IMG/VR virus record: IMGVR_UViG_3300049138_000182 | Span: 6,113 to 70,112 of that record | Source: a virus | Strand: one strand, 5' to 3' | DNA length: 64,000 bases | Part shown: positions 28,957 to 38,225 of the stretch, in pieces | How the letters are laid out: every line of letters begins with the position of its first letter | Position numbering within the stretch: position 1 is the stretch's first letter | Position numbers and translations under genes: made by a program | The notes under the pieces: generated by a model | Databases searched by the model: none | What the model was told of the DNA's origin: nothing | The model's input: the letters and a program-made list of their open reading frames with translations, nothing else

Positions 28957-29235
28957 CTAGACGAAAATCGGGCCCACGTAGAACCGATACCTAGCGCGTG
29001 CGTGGTATGCCCTTTCGAGCATGAGTAGGTAGCGCTCTTCGTGGAAATTCGGCTCTGACTGGTCGTATCGAATCGCGTCGTATGCGAGATAGGCGCACAC
29101 AGCACCGTTGATACGGAACTCAAAGCGCTCTCTGTCATCGTGGGCGTATATGCTCACGTGCGTGTCCCGAATGAACAGGCTGTAGATCCTTGTGAAGTCT
29201 TGCGGAGCCGCTAAGTACAGTTCGCATGTGTTCAT
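28957..29235 (-). CDS. hypothetical protein
   Basis: CCCACACAAGGAAAGG leader. Confidence 0.55.
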   Translation of the reverse strand: MNTCELYLAAPQDFTRIYSLFIRDTHVSIYAHDDRERFEFRINGAVCAYLAYDAIRYDQSEPNFHEERYLLMLERAYHARARYRFYVGPIFV

Positions 29236-29326
29236 CGTTCGACCTTTCCTTGTGTGGGTTTCGTCGGAACGCCCGTACGCCCGATCCCATGAGGAAATCG
29301 GGCGTACTAGCGAGGCTCACGAACAC

Positions 29327-29656
29327 CTAGGCCACGGTCAGCGATTCCCAGCCCTTCACAGGCTTACGCGACTTGGAACACCGACTTACGTACATGTCGA
29401 GTGCCATAAGCTGCGCGTATGCGTATTCGGAGAATCCGGGCGTAGCCGAGATGTCATCGGCTATGCGCGAAATTTCGGCGCGTAGGAGAGTCGCGTCCGT
29501 GATTCCGCCACACATGGCCAGTCTGTAGAGCTCGCTTCTCTGGCCGCTCTTCCACGTGTGCGCGATGTGCCGTGCTACGGGGTGCGTGACGTACTTACGC
29601 TTGCCGCAAATGACCTGATCGATCTGCGTACCGATGACAATCGCCTGAGTACTCAT
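29327..29656 (-). CDS. hypothetical protein
   Basis: Leader motif variant with AAAGG. Confidence 0.55.
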   Translation of the reverse strand: MSTQAIVIGTQIDQVICGKRKYVTHPVARHIAHTWKSGQRSELYRLAMCGGITDATLLRAEISRIADDISATPGFSEYAYAQLMALDMYVSRCSKSRKPVKGWESLTVA

Positions 29657-29682
29657 GTGTTCGCCTTTCGTTGTGTGGATAT

Positions 29683-30084
29683 CTAGATCCACGCGTAACC
29701 ACGTGCGGGATTGTCGGCAGGGCAGGCAAAAACGGCATGGGCCGTCACGAGAACTGGCTCGTTGTCGGACGTTGTGGTGAACGTGCCTGCCCTGTCAGGT
29801 GCCGGGTTATAGGTGACGCGCTCCCTACCCGTGATGTCAGGAGCACTGTTCACGGCTTCCACCACACCGACAACCCAAGCGTGAACAGTTCGCTTTCCAA
29901 GTCGGTGTGACCGGTCACGCCCCTTGGCCGAAACCTTGAAGGTCACGTCGCTAAGGCTCACGTCTGTGAGGTTCGCGATAACACGCCCGGAATTCGGGCC
30001 CGTCATTGCTGTGACTGACCAAAGGTGCGTGTGCAAGTTGAAGTGCACACGCACACGCTCGCCTATGAGTGCGTGTACGCTCAT
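29683..30084 (-). CDS. conserved phage hypothetical protein
   Basis: VHFNLH..WSV...GRVIA...FKVS..GR...VHAWVVG...YNP, a pattern I recall from other phage proteins. Confidence 0.65.
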   Translation of the reverse strand: MSVHALIGERVRVHFNLHTHLWSVTAMTGPNSGRVIANLTDVSLSDVTFKVSAKGRDRSHRLGKRTVHAWVVGVVEAVNSAPDITGRERVTYNPAPDRAGTFTTTSDNEPVLVTAHAVFACPADNPARGYAWI

Positions 30085-30172
30085 GTGTTCGCCTTTCTCT
30101 TACTTGTGTGGGTTTCGCAGGAATGGCAATGTGCCCGATTCTCAGTATCGAAAATCGGGAACAAAGCCAGCG

Positions 30173-30472
30173 CTACGAACGCTTGATTTCGCCTGTCTCA
30201 TGCCATGACGTGAACGCGTCACGCAGATTGATACGGCATGAGCTCTTTCCTTCGGCGTAGTTAAGAGCGTGCTCCCAGTAGGCCAGCGCGAATTCGTCAG
30301 CCTGATAGGAGTCGTGTTCTCCTCCCCTGTCTTGCCATCCCCATACGTAGGTAAGTGCTTGTTCGTACAGGCGTTGCGGCTCACCTCGCTTGAATTCAGG
30401 CAACGCGCTGGCACGCTTGCGAAGTTCCGTGCCCTTTTTTGCGTTCCTTGTGATGCGTTCTACGGCATCCAT
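30173..30472 (-). CDS. hypothetical protein
   Basis: CACACAAGAAAGG leader. Confidence 0.6.
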   Translation of the reverse strand: MDAVERITRNAKKGTELRKRASALPEFKRGEPQRLYEQALTYVWGWQDRGGEHDSYQADEFALAYWEHALNYAEGKSSCRINLRDAFTSWHETGEIKRS

Positions 30473-30654
30473 GTAATGGCCTTTCTTGTGTGGTGGGTTT
30501 CGTGACTCACGAATTAACCGAAGAGAACTTCACAGATGTCGTGAAACTCTGAGTATGAGATCAGACCACACGCGTACTCGTCGCGAACTTGCTGGTAAAC
30601 ATCAATCGCTGGCCTGCCGTACATACTGTTTCCTTTCCTCGGTTTCTGTCTAAG

Positions 30655-30718
30655 CCGTTCTAGCGGGATTCGAACCCTGTACGCCGAAATTCGGCGCGCA
30701 ACCGACTTGCCTAGAACG
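30655..30718 (-). ncRNA. tRNA-like structure (non-canonical)
   Basis: CGTTCTAG/CTAGAACG acceptor-like stem, GCAAGTCGGTTGC arm, GCGCCGAATTTCGGCGT arm, GGG-TTCGAAT-CCC T-arm; no CCA. Confidence 0.55.
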
Positions 30719-31199
30719 CGTGAGTAGTTACCCATGTGGTTAGGGACGCTACGCCCTTCCATGCTCACGGGCTGATCAGGCAATGCACCTTTGTTCTGAT
30801 ACAGATCTAACTGTTGTCAGGGGGGAACACATCCTGATCGCTTCGGATGACACGTTCGCCTTTTTCAGACCTGTTGCTGTAACACGAGCTAAGCACGCTC
30901 ATTCCGAAATGAATCGTTGTCCTCGACAGACAGGCGCGACTAATGCCATCCCCGATCACGTGCGTTGCCATGTCGCATTCATGGTTTGTCACGTGTCCGG
31001 TGATCTCTAGCGGGTGGTTCACACCATAGAGATACGCGCATTGCCAAGGAGATGCGCACCCTTGTCCCGTAGGACTCTTGCCCGATCGGTCGGGCCAATT
31101 CCCCAACGCTTAGCGTGCGTTGGAACGAAACCGGCTTACACGATGCCCACCTACGTACGCCGCAATACGTAGGCCGAAAATCGGGCGCAAACCCTAAGG

Positions 31200-32560
31200 C
31201 GGTGCGCGAATCATCACTAATCTCCCTTCACTAGCTATCTGTCGTCTGACCTTTCAGCAGAGAGAACGCGCTTTGGTGAAACCGGCTAACTCGCTTTGAG
31301 GAGAAACCTCAACTCAGATTGCGAGCCAGAGAGCCGTTCCCGTTCCCGTTCTTCTGACAATTCATAAGGTACGCCCGCTTGCCTGCCAGTGGAAGGCATT
31401 TTATGTAACGAGACGATAACGCTATCCCTCACGTCTGGATCGTTCACGTCTGATTGATTCAGCAACGCTGTGACCTGCACAAACGTCCATCGAAAGCGCC
31501 GGCCTTTGCTAAATGATCTTGGTTCAAATCGCCGGCACCGGAAAGATGATCTTGTTTTCTGCTCTGTATCAGAGCTGATCGGGCACGATCCCCGATCCCC
31601 GCCTGCTCTCTGCGAAGCGCGAAATTTCGGCGCAAGCGGCGGCTCTGAGAGCCACAGAGCCTGTCTCCCCCATAGACAGAGACTCTGTGAGGACTCCGTG
31701 AGAGCCGACGGCAGCGTAAGCCGTAGGCGCGAATCAAGAGGGGGGAAGGGAGGGGAGGGGGGAGATCTGTACGGGAACCGAGCTCGGATGGACCGACGGA
31801 CGGATGTCACGGAGAGTGATTCTCACAAATGTCACAGAATGTAATAATGAGCAAGGCTCGCAGCTCGCCAAACGATCTTCGCTCGCGGAAGGGATGATCA
31901 ACTAGTGATACCCCCCGACCGTATGGAGATCAGCCCACACCGACGGAGCCGAACCATGATCATTTCGACAGTGTCAAGATCATCCACTATCGCGCTGTCT
32001 ATCATGATCTTGGTCAGCGGCTGTCAGATTGAGCGTTTCAGCAGGTCAATACCTATTCTCCTCCCCTGGTTTGGTGTGCATCCCTGTGACATCACGTCAA
32101 CCGGAGTCAGTAAGGCCACCGAAAAAAATTGTGGTCCGGGGGGTACCTGGCATACCGGAGGGGGGTACCCTTAAACGATCATGCACGCGCCGGCCTAGGC
32201 TGATTTCCCGGATGCGATTTGGTCTACACAGAGTGACAGTGGCCTCGGATGGCCGGCTCGCTCGATCCCCGCATTGGTTACCTTTCGCTACTTTCGCAGG
32301 TCATGGCCACTCCCCTGCCGTCGGCGAGCTCGGGCTGCTAGGGTCCGCTCTTGGTGGCGTTTCGCTGCCAAGGGCCTGTCGGGGCCGGGGGCACGGCTCC
32401 CTGGAGTACTCCCGATGGGCCTTTTTGCTGTCCGGACGTGGCCCAGGTAACGGTGCGGTCGAGAAGTCGAGAGGTGTATTTGATCATCCCGTAGCACTTT
32501 CGGCACTTCTCTACCAATTCGTTATCTTGCGAGACGGGAACTTCCGTTACGTCAGGGACA
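31200..32560. promoter_or_regulatory. large non-coding divergent control region (possible genome terminus or origin)
   Basis: Switch from minus- to plus-strand genes, lower GC, no ORF with coding bias, G-tracts and GGGGGTACC repeats. Confidence 0.55.
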
Positions 32561-32606
32561 GCCCTTGTTGTACGGTCATGACACGCCTAGCGAGGAGCAA
32601 ACATCA

Positions 32607-33218
32607 GTGATAGACGTTAAGGATCCGGTCACCGGACCGCCGTGGTGGGACGACTTCCTGTGTCGTATCCGCCTCAACGGCGGACTCATCCGGGACGCGC
32701 TGACGGAGATGGACATGCATCCCCAGATCCATCAGCCGCACGTAGCCAAGTCGGACACGCTGCGGAGCCAGCTCGATGAAGCAGTCGAGGCCGGCAAGCA
32801 GCGTCACAGGACGAACAAGGCCAAGCGCATCCTCCAGGCCTACGCCGCGGGGATGACGCTGACCGAGGCAGCGGCGACGGAAGACCTGCATGTCGCACAG
32901 GTCTATGTCCTGCTGGAGAACACCGGCCTTCGCGGGGAGTACGAGAAGCTCCGTGACTCGGCGAACTCTCAGAAACGCGACTACCGGAGCGGTGTCGCGT
33001 TTCTACGGAGAGAGCTCGACCGTGACCGCGAAGAGTTCGCTGACGGGGTCACGCTGTCGTACATCAACACGGTCCGGAACGTCGTCGACGTGCTGGATCG
33101 AGATTCGGCGCAGCTACGCGAGCTCGGTGTCAACGGGCTGCGTAACGCGGTGCTTCGTGAACTCGGCGTGATCTTCGCCGACGAGGCCGACTTCCCCAAG
33201 TTCCTGAACAAGGGGTAG
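32607..33218 (+). CDS. HTH-like DNA-binding protein (possible terminase small subunit)
   Basis: GAGGAG RBS; ILQAYAAGMTLTEAAA...VY HTH-like segment. Confidence 0.5.
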   Translation: MIDVKDPVTGPPWWDDFLCRIRLNGGLIRDALTEMDMHPQIHQPHVAKSDTLRSQLDEAVEAGKQRHRTNKAKRILQAYAAGMTLTEAAATEDLHVAQVYVLLENTGLRGEYEKLRDSANSQKRDYRSGVAFLRRELDRDREEFADGVTLSYINTVRNVVDVLDRDSAQLRELGVNGLRNAVLRELGVIFADEADFPKFLNKG

Positions 33219-33395
33219 GCGCCGTCATTTGACTCCAGGGCCTGGGAGCTTGCTGCGGGTTCCCAGGCCCTGGACCTGGCCACGAGATTTACGCCGGCAG
33301 GGCGTTGTGGCAGTCGACCCCATGTGCGTTCCGGCTCCGGGTGATGCGGAGACCGTTGAGCGCCTGGTGCGGAGATTCCAGAGGAGGGACCGGTA

Positions 33396-33779
33396 GTGAG
33401 GCTGCATTCTCAAGGCAGCGGGAAAGCCACGATGTGGGCGTATCAGGCGACGATCAGGATCTTGCCGGAGTGGCGTGAGGTCCTGGGTGTCGAGCGGATC
33501 GTTCAGGCGACTGCGGTCGCGATCGTGCCTCGTCGACGGCACGCGTGTATCAGTGAGCTCCTGGCGCACGTGGGGCATCCGGCATCGTTCATGGCCTTCT
33601 ACTTGATCCGGGAGTGGCACTGGATGCTGGCCTACGACCTGTACGCACTTTCGGACGAGCCGGGGTTGTACGCCTGGTGCGAGCGCTCCCCTGTCGTGAT
33701 TCGTGCGGGTGCGCTGCGCGTGGCACGGGCTGTCGGGCGGCTGTCGCATGGCCGGCTGTACGTGGAGCCGGCGCTGTGA
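33396..33779 (+). CDS. hypothetical protein
   Basis: GAGGAGGG RBS with GTG start. Confidence 0.55.
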   Translation: MRLHSQGSGKATMWAYQATIRILPEWREVLGVERIVQATAVAIVPRRRHACISELLAHVGHPASFMAFYLIREWHWMLAYDLYALSDEPGLYAWCERSPVVIRAGALRVARAVGRLSHGRLYVEPAL

Positions 33780-34228
33780 TGGCCCGTCGGAAAATCGGCA
33801 AGGTGGTGTCGGTACGCCGTAAGCGTGGTGGCGTGGTGCACGGCTTCGAGCTGGTGATGCAGCGTAATCGGATCCTCTCTGGCTGGGGTCTGTGCAGTGC
33901 GAGTGGGGTGTACGGGACCGGCGACATCGTCGAGACGGGCATCACGTGCAAGCACTGCCGGAGGCTGGTTCAGGCCGCTGGCCGTGTGATCGAGACGCGG
34001 GAGTTCGCTGACCTGCTGGCCAGTCTCCGTCTCGCGAAGAGTACGGAAGTCGTCGAACTCGGGTTCGGCACGCGGATCACCAATGGGCTGCATCGTGGTG
34101 ACTACCGCACTGTCGAGGCTCTGTTGAAGGCGACCGATCGGGATCTGCTCGACATTCAGTATTTCGGGTCGGGCATGTTGGCCGAAGCGATCGAGACGCT
34201 TCGGGTGCGCAAGGGGCCGGCGCGGTGA
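33779..34228 (+). CDS. protein with Zn-finger-like N-terminus and RNA polymerase alpha-CTD-like C-terminus
   Basis: ELGFGTRITNGLHRGDYRTVEALLKATDRDLLDIQYFGSGMLAE matches the alpha-CTD consensus. Confidence 0.7.
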   Translation: MARRKIGKVVSVRRKRGGVVHGFELVMQRNRILSGWGLCSASGVYGTGDIVETGITCKHCRRLVQAAGRVIETREFADLLASLRLAKSTEVVELGFGTRITNGLHRGDYRTVEALLKATDRDLLDIQYFGSGMLAEAIETLRVRKGPAR

Positions 34229-34653
34229 CGGGCGTACATGTCCCCGTGCTGTATCGCACGCCGAGGCAGTCTCGACACGAGGTTCCGGCCGAGATCTGTG
34301 GCGGTTGTAGTGACGTTCCTGCCGGGAGGTTGGTCCCGGCGTCCTTCTGCCGGATGGCGGCGGAGGTTATGAAACAGGAGGGGTGGTTGTGATGGCGATG
34401 CTTTTGGTGCTGTCTGGCGTCGAGTCGAAGGAGGTTCTCACACAGCGCCGTGACTTGCGGCGGGAGATGGCCGTAGCGCTGGACGACGTCGGGACGGTGC
34501 AGTCGGATCTTCGGGTGCTTCGCGTGCAGGTGGCATCGGAAACGGTCGACCAGGGCGACCTGCAGCAGATGGAGTCACTGATGGCTGCGGTGCTGGCCGG
34601 GGCCGAGGGGTTGCGGGAGTCGGCGGCGAAGATGCGACGTCTGGTCGGCGGCA

Positions 34654-34920
34654 ATGTCTGAAACCGATGAAGCGCCGGTTAAGTTCATCGATGTTCCCGA
34701 AGAGGCGTATCCCGTCACGACGATGATCGTGGAGCAGGACGCGGAGGACATCCTCTTCAAGGTGACCGTGGATGAGCCTGGAGCGCTGCGGATTCCGGCG
34801 ATCGGCCGTCCCGTCGACGTTCTCGTGTGCTTCGGCACTGACGGCTACTACCACTCGGGTATGTCGGATGAACGCCTCGTCCGGCTGAAGCAGCTCATGA
34901 AAGAGGCCGGCGATGTCTGA
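34654..34920 (+). CDS. hypothetical protein
   Basis: Overlapping operon gene. Confidence 0.5.
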   Translation: MSETDEAPVKFIDVPEEAYPVTTMIVEQDAEDILFKVTVDEPGALRIPAIGRPVDVLVCFGTDGYYHSGMSDERLVRLKQLMKEAGDV

Positions 34921-35194
34921 GCTTTACGTGTCGCTCGCGATGGTCGTCTGCTTCGCCTCGGGTTATGGTGCGCGGGCTGTGCGGCCCTGGGCGGAGTTGC
35001 GTGACTGGGCGACCTGGCATCTCGACGGGCATGGGTCACAGTCGGCGGGCCTCACTCTGCTGGCTCTGCTGGCTCTGCCGGACCAGTGGCCGACGGTCTA
35101 TCGAGCGAGGAGGTTTCAGCGGCAGGTCCTGCGGGAGTGCGTCCCGGCGCCGCGGAGGTCAAATCCTGCTGAGGTGACGTCCGATGGGTCTTGA
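34913..35194 (+). CDS. small membrane protein
   Basis: Hydrophobic segments; overlap with neighbours. Confidence 0.5.
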   Translation: MSELYVSLAMVVCFASGYGARAVRPWAELRDWATWHLDGHGSQSAGLTLLALLALPDQWPTVYRARRFQRQVLRECVPAPRRSNPAEVTSDGS

Positions 35195-35531
35195 GCTTGT
35201 CATCGCCGGCATCTTGTCGAATGGTGTCGCCTATCTGGCTACAGGCTGGGTGATCGCGGTTCGGGACTTGCCGGCCGCGTGGCGGAGGGCGGAACGGGTC
35301 GCCTTCTCGCTGGGTGGTCGTGAGAAGTATGTGAAGCGGCAGTCGATTCGCATGATCCTCGCCTGGCCGGTGGTCATCCCAATAAGGCTCGTACGGACTC
35401 TGTTCCATGGGGTCGTCGAGGCGGCGCGGCCGAAGTCCGACGAGAGGCCGTACCTGTCTCGTCAGCAGTCGATGTACGGGTACGCACTGGACGGCTTGCC
35501 GTCGTGGCTGACTGGGGGGTACTGGCGGTGA
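35184..35531 (+). CDS. membrane protein
   Basis: Two hydrophobic segments; GAGGTG RBS. Confidence 0.55.
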   Translation: MGLELVIAGILSNGVAYLATGWVIAVRDLPAAWRRAERVAFSLGGREKYVKRQSIRMILAWPVVIPIRLVRTLFHGVVEAARPKSDERPYLSRQQSMYGYALDGLPSWLTGGYWR

Positions 35532-35812
35532 GGCCTGTGAAAGAACTGCCGGACTATGCCAAGGGGTTGACGGTGCTGGCCGCGTCCCTCGATCCGAAGC
35601 TTGTCGGTCATCCGACGGAGGTATTGCTGAAGCGCGCGGCGTGTCAGCCGCTGGGTCTGTATTGGACCTTGACGGATCTCGTGAAGCTCGGCTTGATCGA
35701 GAGGCGTCGAGAGTCTGTTCCTAGTCAGTACGTGATCACGCAGGTGGGGAAGCGTCTGCTCAAGGCCGAGTTCACTCGCCTGTCCGCGCTGATGAGGGCG
35801 CATGATGGCTGA
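35528..35812 (+). CDS. winged-helix (PadR-like) protein
   Basis: LY.TL.DLVKLGLIER...YVITQVG. Confidence 0.55.
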   Translation: MRPVKELPDYAKGLTVLAASLDPKLVGHPTEVLLKRAACQPLGLYWTLTDLVKLGLIERRRESVPSQYVITQVGKRLLKAEFTRLSALMRAHDG

Positions 35813-36593
35813 GGACAACGGGGTGCCGCTCGGCGAGCGGATGCGATCGTATGAGGTGGCTCCGACTCTCCCGGAGCGCGCTTATGTGATCATTCGGGTC
35901 GACGGTCGCGCGTTCCACACGTTCCTTCGCGGTGCCGAGCAGCCGTTCGATTTTGAGTTCATGCGTTCGATGGATTCTGCCGCCAGGGCGTTGTGTCAGG
36001 AGGTCGCCGGCGCGCAGTTCGCGTACGTGCAGTCGGATGAGATCTCGGTGCTGGCCACGAATGTGCATCGGGCTCGGGCTGAGCTCTGGTTCGGCGGTGT
36101 CATTCCGAAGATCGTGTCGGTGTCGGCTTCCGTGGTGAGCGAGGCATTCAATGGTGTGCATCCGTCCTGGAAGGAGCGGGGCGCGCATTTCGACGCGCGG
36201 GTGATCGCGCTTCCGGACCGGGCCGAGGTGGCGAACTACTTTCTGTGGCGCCAGCAGGATTGGCGTAGGAACGCCGTCTCTATGGCGGCGCGAGCTCACT
36301 TCCCGCATGCGGCGCTCGTGGGCAGGAACACGGTCGAGGTGAAGAAGATGCTCACTGAGGTGGGCGAGAATTTCGATGCCGCGTGGCCGGAGCATGTGCG
36401 GCTGGGGCGTATCTGTGTGCGGCAACTGGTTGAGCGGGAGCTCGACATTGTTCATCAGCGCACCGGTAAGACGGTTACGGCTCATGCTCTGCGCTCGCAT
36501 TGGTCGGTGGAGGCCGCTCCGGTTTTCAGTGCTTCTGCGGATGGCTGGGTCGCGTCGATGATTCCGCCGTCCTTCTATGGAGGAGATCTGTGA
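35802..36593 (+). CDS. Thg1-like protein (tRNA-His guanylyltransferase family, 3'-5' polymerase)
   Basis: RMRSYE, IRVDGRAFHTF, AYVQSDEISV, FDARV, NYFLWRQQD..RN. Confidence 0.92.
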   Translation: MMAEDNGVPLGERMRSYEVAPTLPERAYVIIRVDGRAFHTFLRGAEQPFDFEFMRSMDSAARALCQEVAGAQFAYVQSDEISVLATNVHRARAELWFGGVIPKIVSVSASVVSEAFNGVHPSWKERGAHFDARVIALPDRAEVANYFLWRQQDWRRNAVSMAARAHFPHAALVGRNTVEVKKMLTEVGENFDAAWPEHVRLGRICVRQLVERELDIVHQRTGKTVTAHALRSHWSVEAAPVFSASADGWVASMIPPSFYGGDL

Positions 36594-36919
36594 TGGCTGT
36601 TGTTCGAGGACGTCCGCTTACTGACTTCTACGGGGAGGGCCTGGGGACGAGTTTGGCGTCGACGGCCCGGATATCGGATAAGGACATCGACGCCATGGCG
36701 GCTTCGTACCAGGAAGCTCCGGCTCCGGCTGCTGTACCTGTGAAGAAGCGGCGCTTGCGGGTGGTGCCGCCGCTGTCCGAGGTGACGGTGACGAAGCTTC
36801 TTACCCTCAATGACCTGTCGTCGGCCATGAGGTCCTACGTGGAACGGTCATGCCGAATGCGCGGCGTGGCCATCTCCGCGGTCAAGGTCCTCAGCCCGAC
36901 GGAGGTGGTGATCCCGTGA
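36593..36919 (+). CDS. hypothetical protein
   Basis: GGAGGAG RBS. Confidence 0.55.
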   Translation: MAVVRGRPLTDFYGEGLGTSLASTARISDKDIDAMAASYQEAPAPAAVPVKKRRLRVVPPLSEVTVTKLLTLNDLSSAMRSYVERSCRMRGVAISAVKVLSPTEVVIP

Positions 36920-37287
36920 GTGCTCGGGCGCGGAAGGCCGCCGCGCTGGAGACGCAGCGGGTCGAGCTGCTCGCTGATGTCGACAAGGAAACCGACGAGG
37001 TTCTTCGCCGGGTGTGGCTAGCGATCTACGACGTGGATTTTGGTGATCGTAGGGTCGCCAGGAACTATGCGGCCGGAACGCTGGTGTCCACTATTCGACA
37101 GCCGCAGACGTATGTACTGGCGGAGGGTCCAGTTTTCGAAACGATGCTCTGCAGGAGGGGTAGGTGGGGTGCACGAATGACGTGGCCCAATATCCGCCTA
37201 GCTCGTCGTCGGCATTGGTATGTGGTGCGGTATCTGCGGCAAGGATTGCCTCCGGTGAGGACTTACAAGTATCGAAAGAGGAGATAG
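36916..37287 (+). CDS. hypothetical protein
   Basis: GGAGG RBS; GTGA overlap. Confidence 0.55.
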   Translation: MSARARKAAALETQRVELLADVDKETDEVLRRVWLAIYDVDFGDRRVARNYAAGTLVSTIRQPQTYVLAEGPVFETMLCRRGRWGARMTWPNIRLARRRHWYVVRYLRQGLPPVRTYKYRKRR

Positions 37288-37608
37288 GTGAAGAGGTTAA
37301 AGTCTGGCGTGAGACGTGTTTTCGGGCTTACGCTTCCGGCGTTCGTTGTGGCTGTCGTAATGACTGTCTGGCTGGTCGGTGTGCAGGTGCATGCCTGGTT
37401 TAGGCCGAGTTCCCCGTGGGGAATTACGTTGTGGGTAGCCTTCGTCCTGGCATTCGTCTATGGCGTGCAGCTCATTTTCAATACTCTGCGACGGGCTGAG
37501 CGCCTTGAGGGCGCGGCCAAGGATTTCGAGGCGTCAGCCGCTGAGTTAACGGAGCTCATCGCGGATCTTAAAGCTGCCAAAGCTCAGGCGTCTACAGAAG
37601 CGGGATAA
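37288..37608 (+). CDS. 2-TM membrane protein
   Basis: Two hydrophobic helices followed by a coiled coil. Confidence 0.6.
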   Translation: MKRLKSGVRRVFGLTLPAFVVAVVMTVWLVGVQVHAWFRPSSPWGITLWVAFVLAFVYGVQLIFNTLRRAERLEGAAKDFEASAAELTELIADLKAAKAQASTEAG

Positions 37609-37735
37609 GCCGGCACTGTTTCTGACCCAATTCTTCTGCGGCCTCTGTGGGTCCGCAGGTGCGCTCGGCGCAGGTTCGAGCGCTTCTGAGCCGATTCGGC
37701 TCATTGTGAGTTCCCCGTAGAAAAAGGAACGCATC

Positions 37736-37990
37736 ATGTCCGCTGCTACTCTCATCGTCGTGCCGGATTTTTGGCATAAATACGACGATTCGACGCCTTC
37801 TCAGGAGCCTGAGCTGGAGGATTTCCAGCAGGTCTGGATTTACGACGAGACCCTTGGTGTGAACGTCGGGTTCTGGACTGGGAACGGTTTTCGTCTCTAC
37901 GACAGGCAGAGCCCAGTTAAGCCCACTCACTGGGCCTACCTCAAGAGGCCACCCGCACCCCCCGCGACGATTGCGGCACGGGCAAGCTGA
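37736..37990 (+). CDS. hypothetical protein (DUF551-like C-terminus)
   Basis: PTHWAYL..PP; AAGGA RBS. Confidence 0.55.
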   Translation: MSAATLIVVPDFWHKYDDSTPSQEPELEDFQQVWIYDETLGVNVGFWTGNGFRLYDRQSPVKPTHWAYLKRPPAPPATIAARAS

Positions 37991-38021
37991 TGCTGCTCAA
38001 CCCACACAAGAAGGAGAAACA

Positions 38022-38225
38022 GTGTCCACCTTTACGCAGGAAGACCAGGCGGCTGTGATCGACAGCGAGGACGCGTCGATCACTGCTGTCACTGACAAGC
38101 TCAGGCGGGTGACCATCGTCGACCATGGAGGCATCAATGATCACGGTCTGACCTACTGCTTCACGCTGACGCCCAAGGCCATGGAAGAGGCGTTGGCGTT
38201 CATCAAGAAGAATCGAGCCATGTAG
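38022..38225 (+). CDS. small hypothetical protein
   Basis: CCCACACAAGAAGGAG leader. Confidence 0.55.
   Translation: MSTFTQEDQAAVIDSEDASITAVTDKLRRVTIVDHGGINDHGLTYCFTLTPKAMEEALAFIKKNRAM

Noticed and set aside
30655-30718. tmRNA or functional tRNA
   Set aside because: Both acceptor strands are local, there is no tag ORF, no 7-nt anticodon loop and no CCA
31286-32610. ORFs in the divergent region (31286-31810, 31470-31844, 32029-32610)
   Set aside because: No RBS, no GC3 bias and no recognisable motifs
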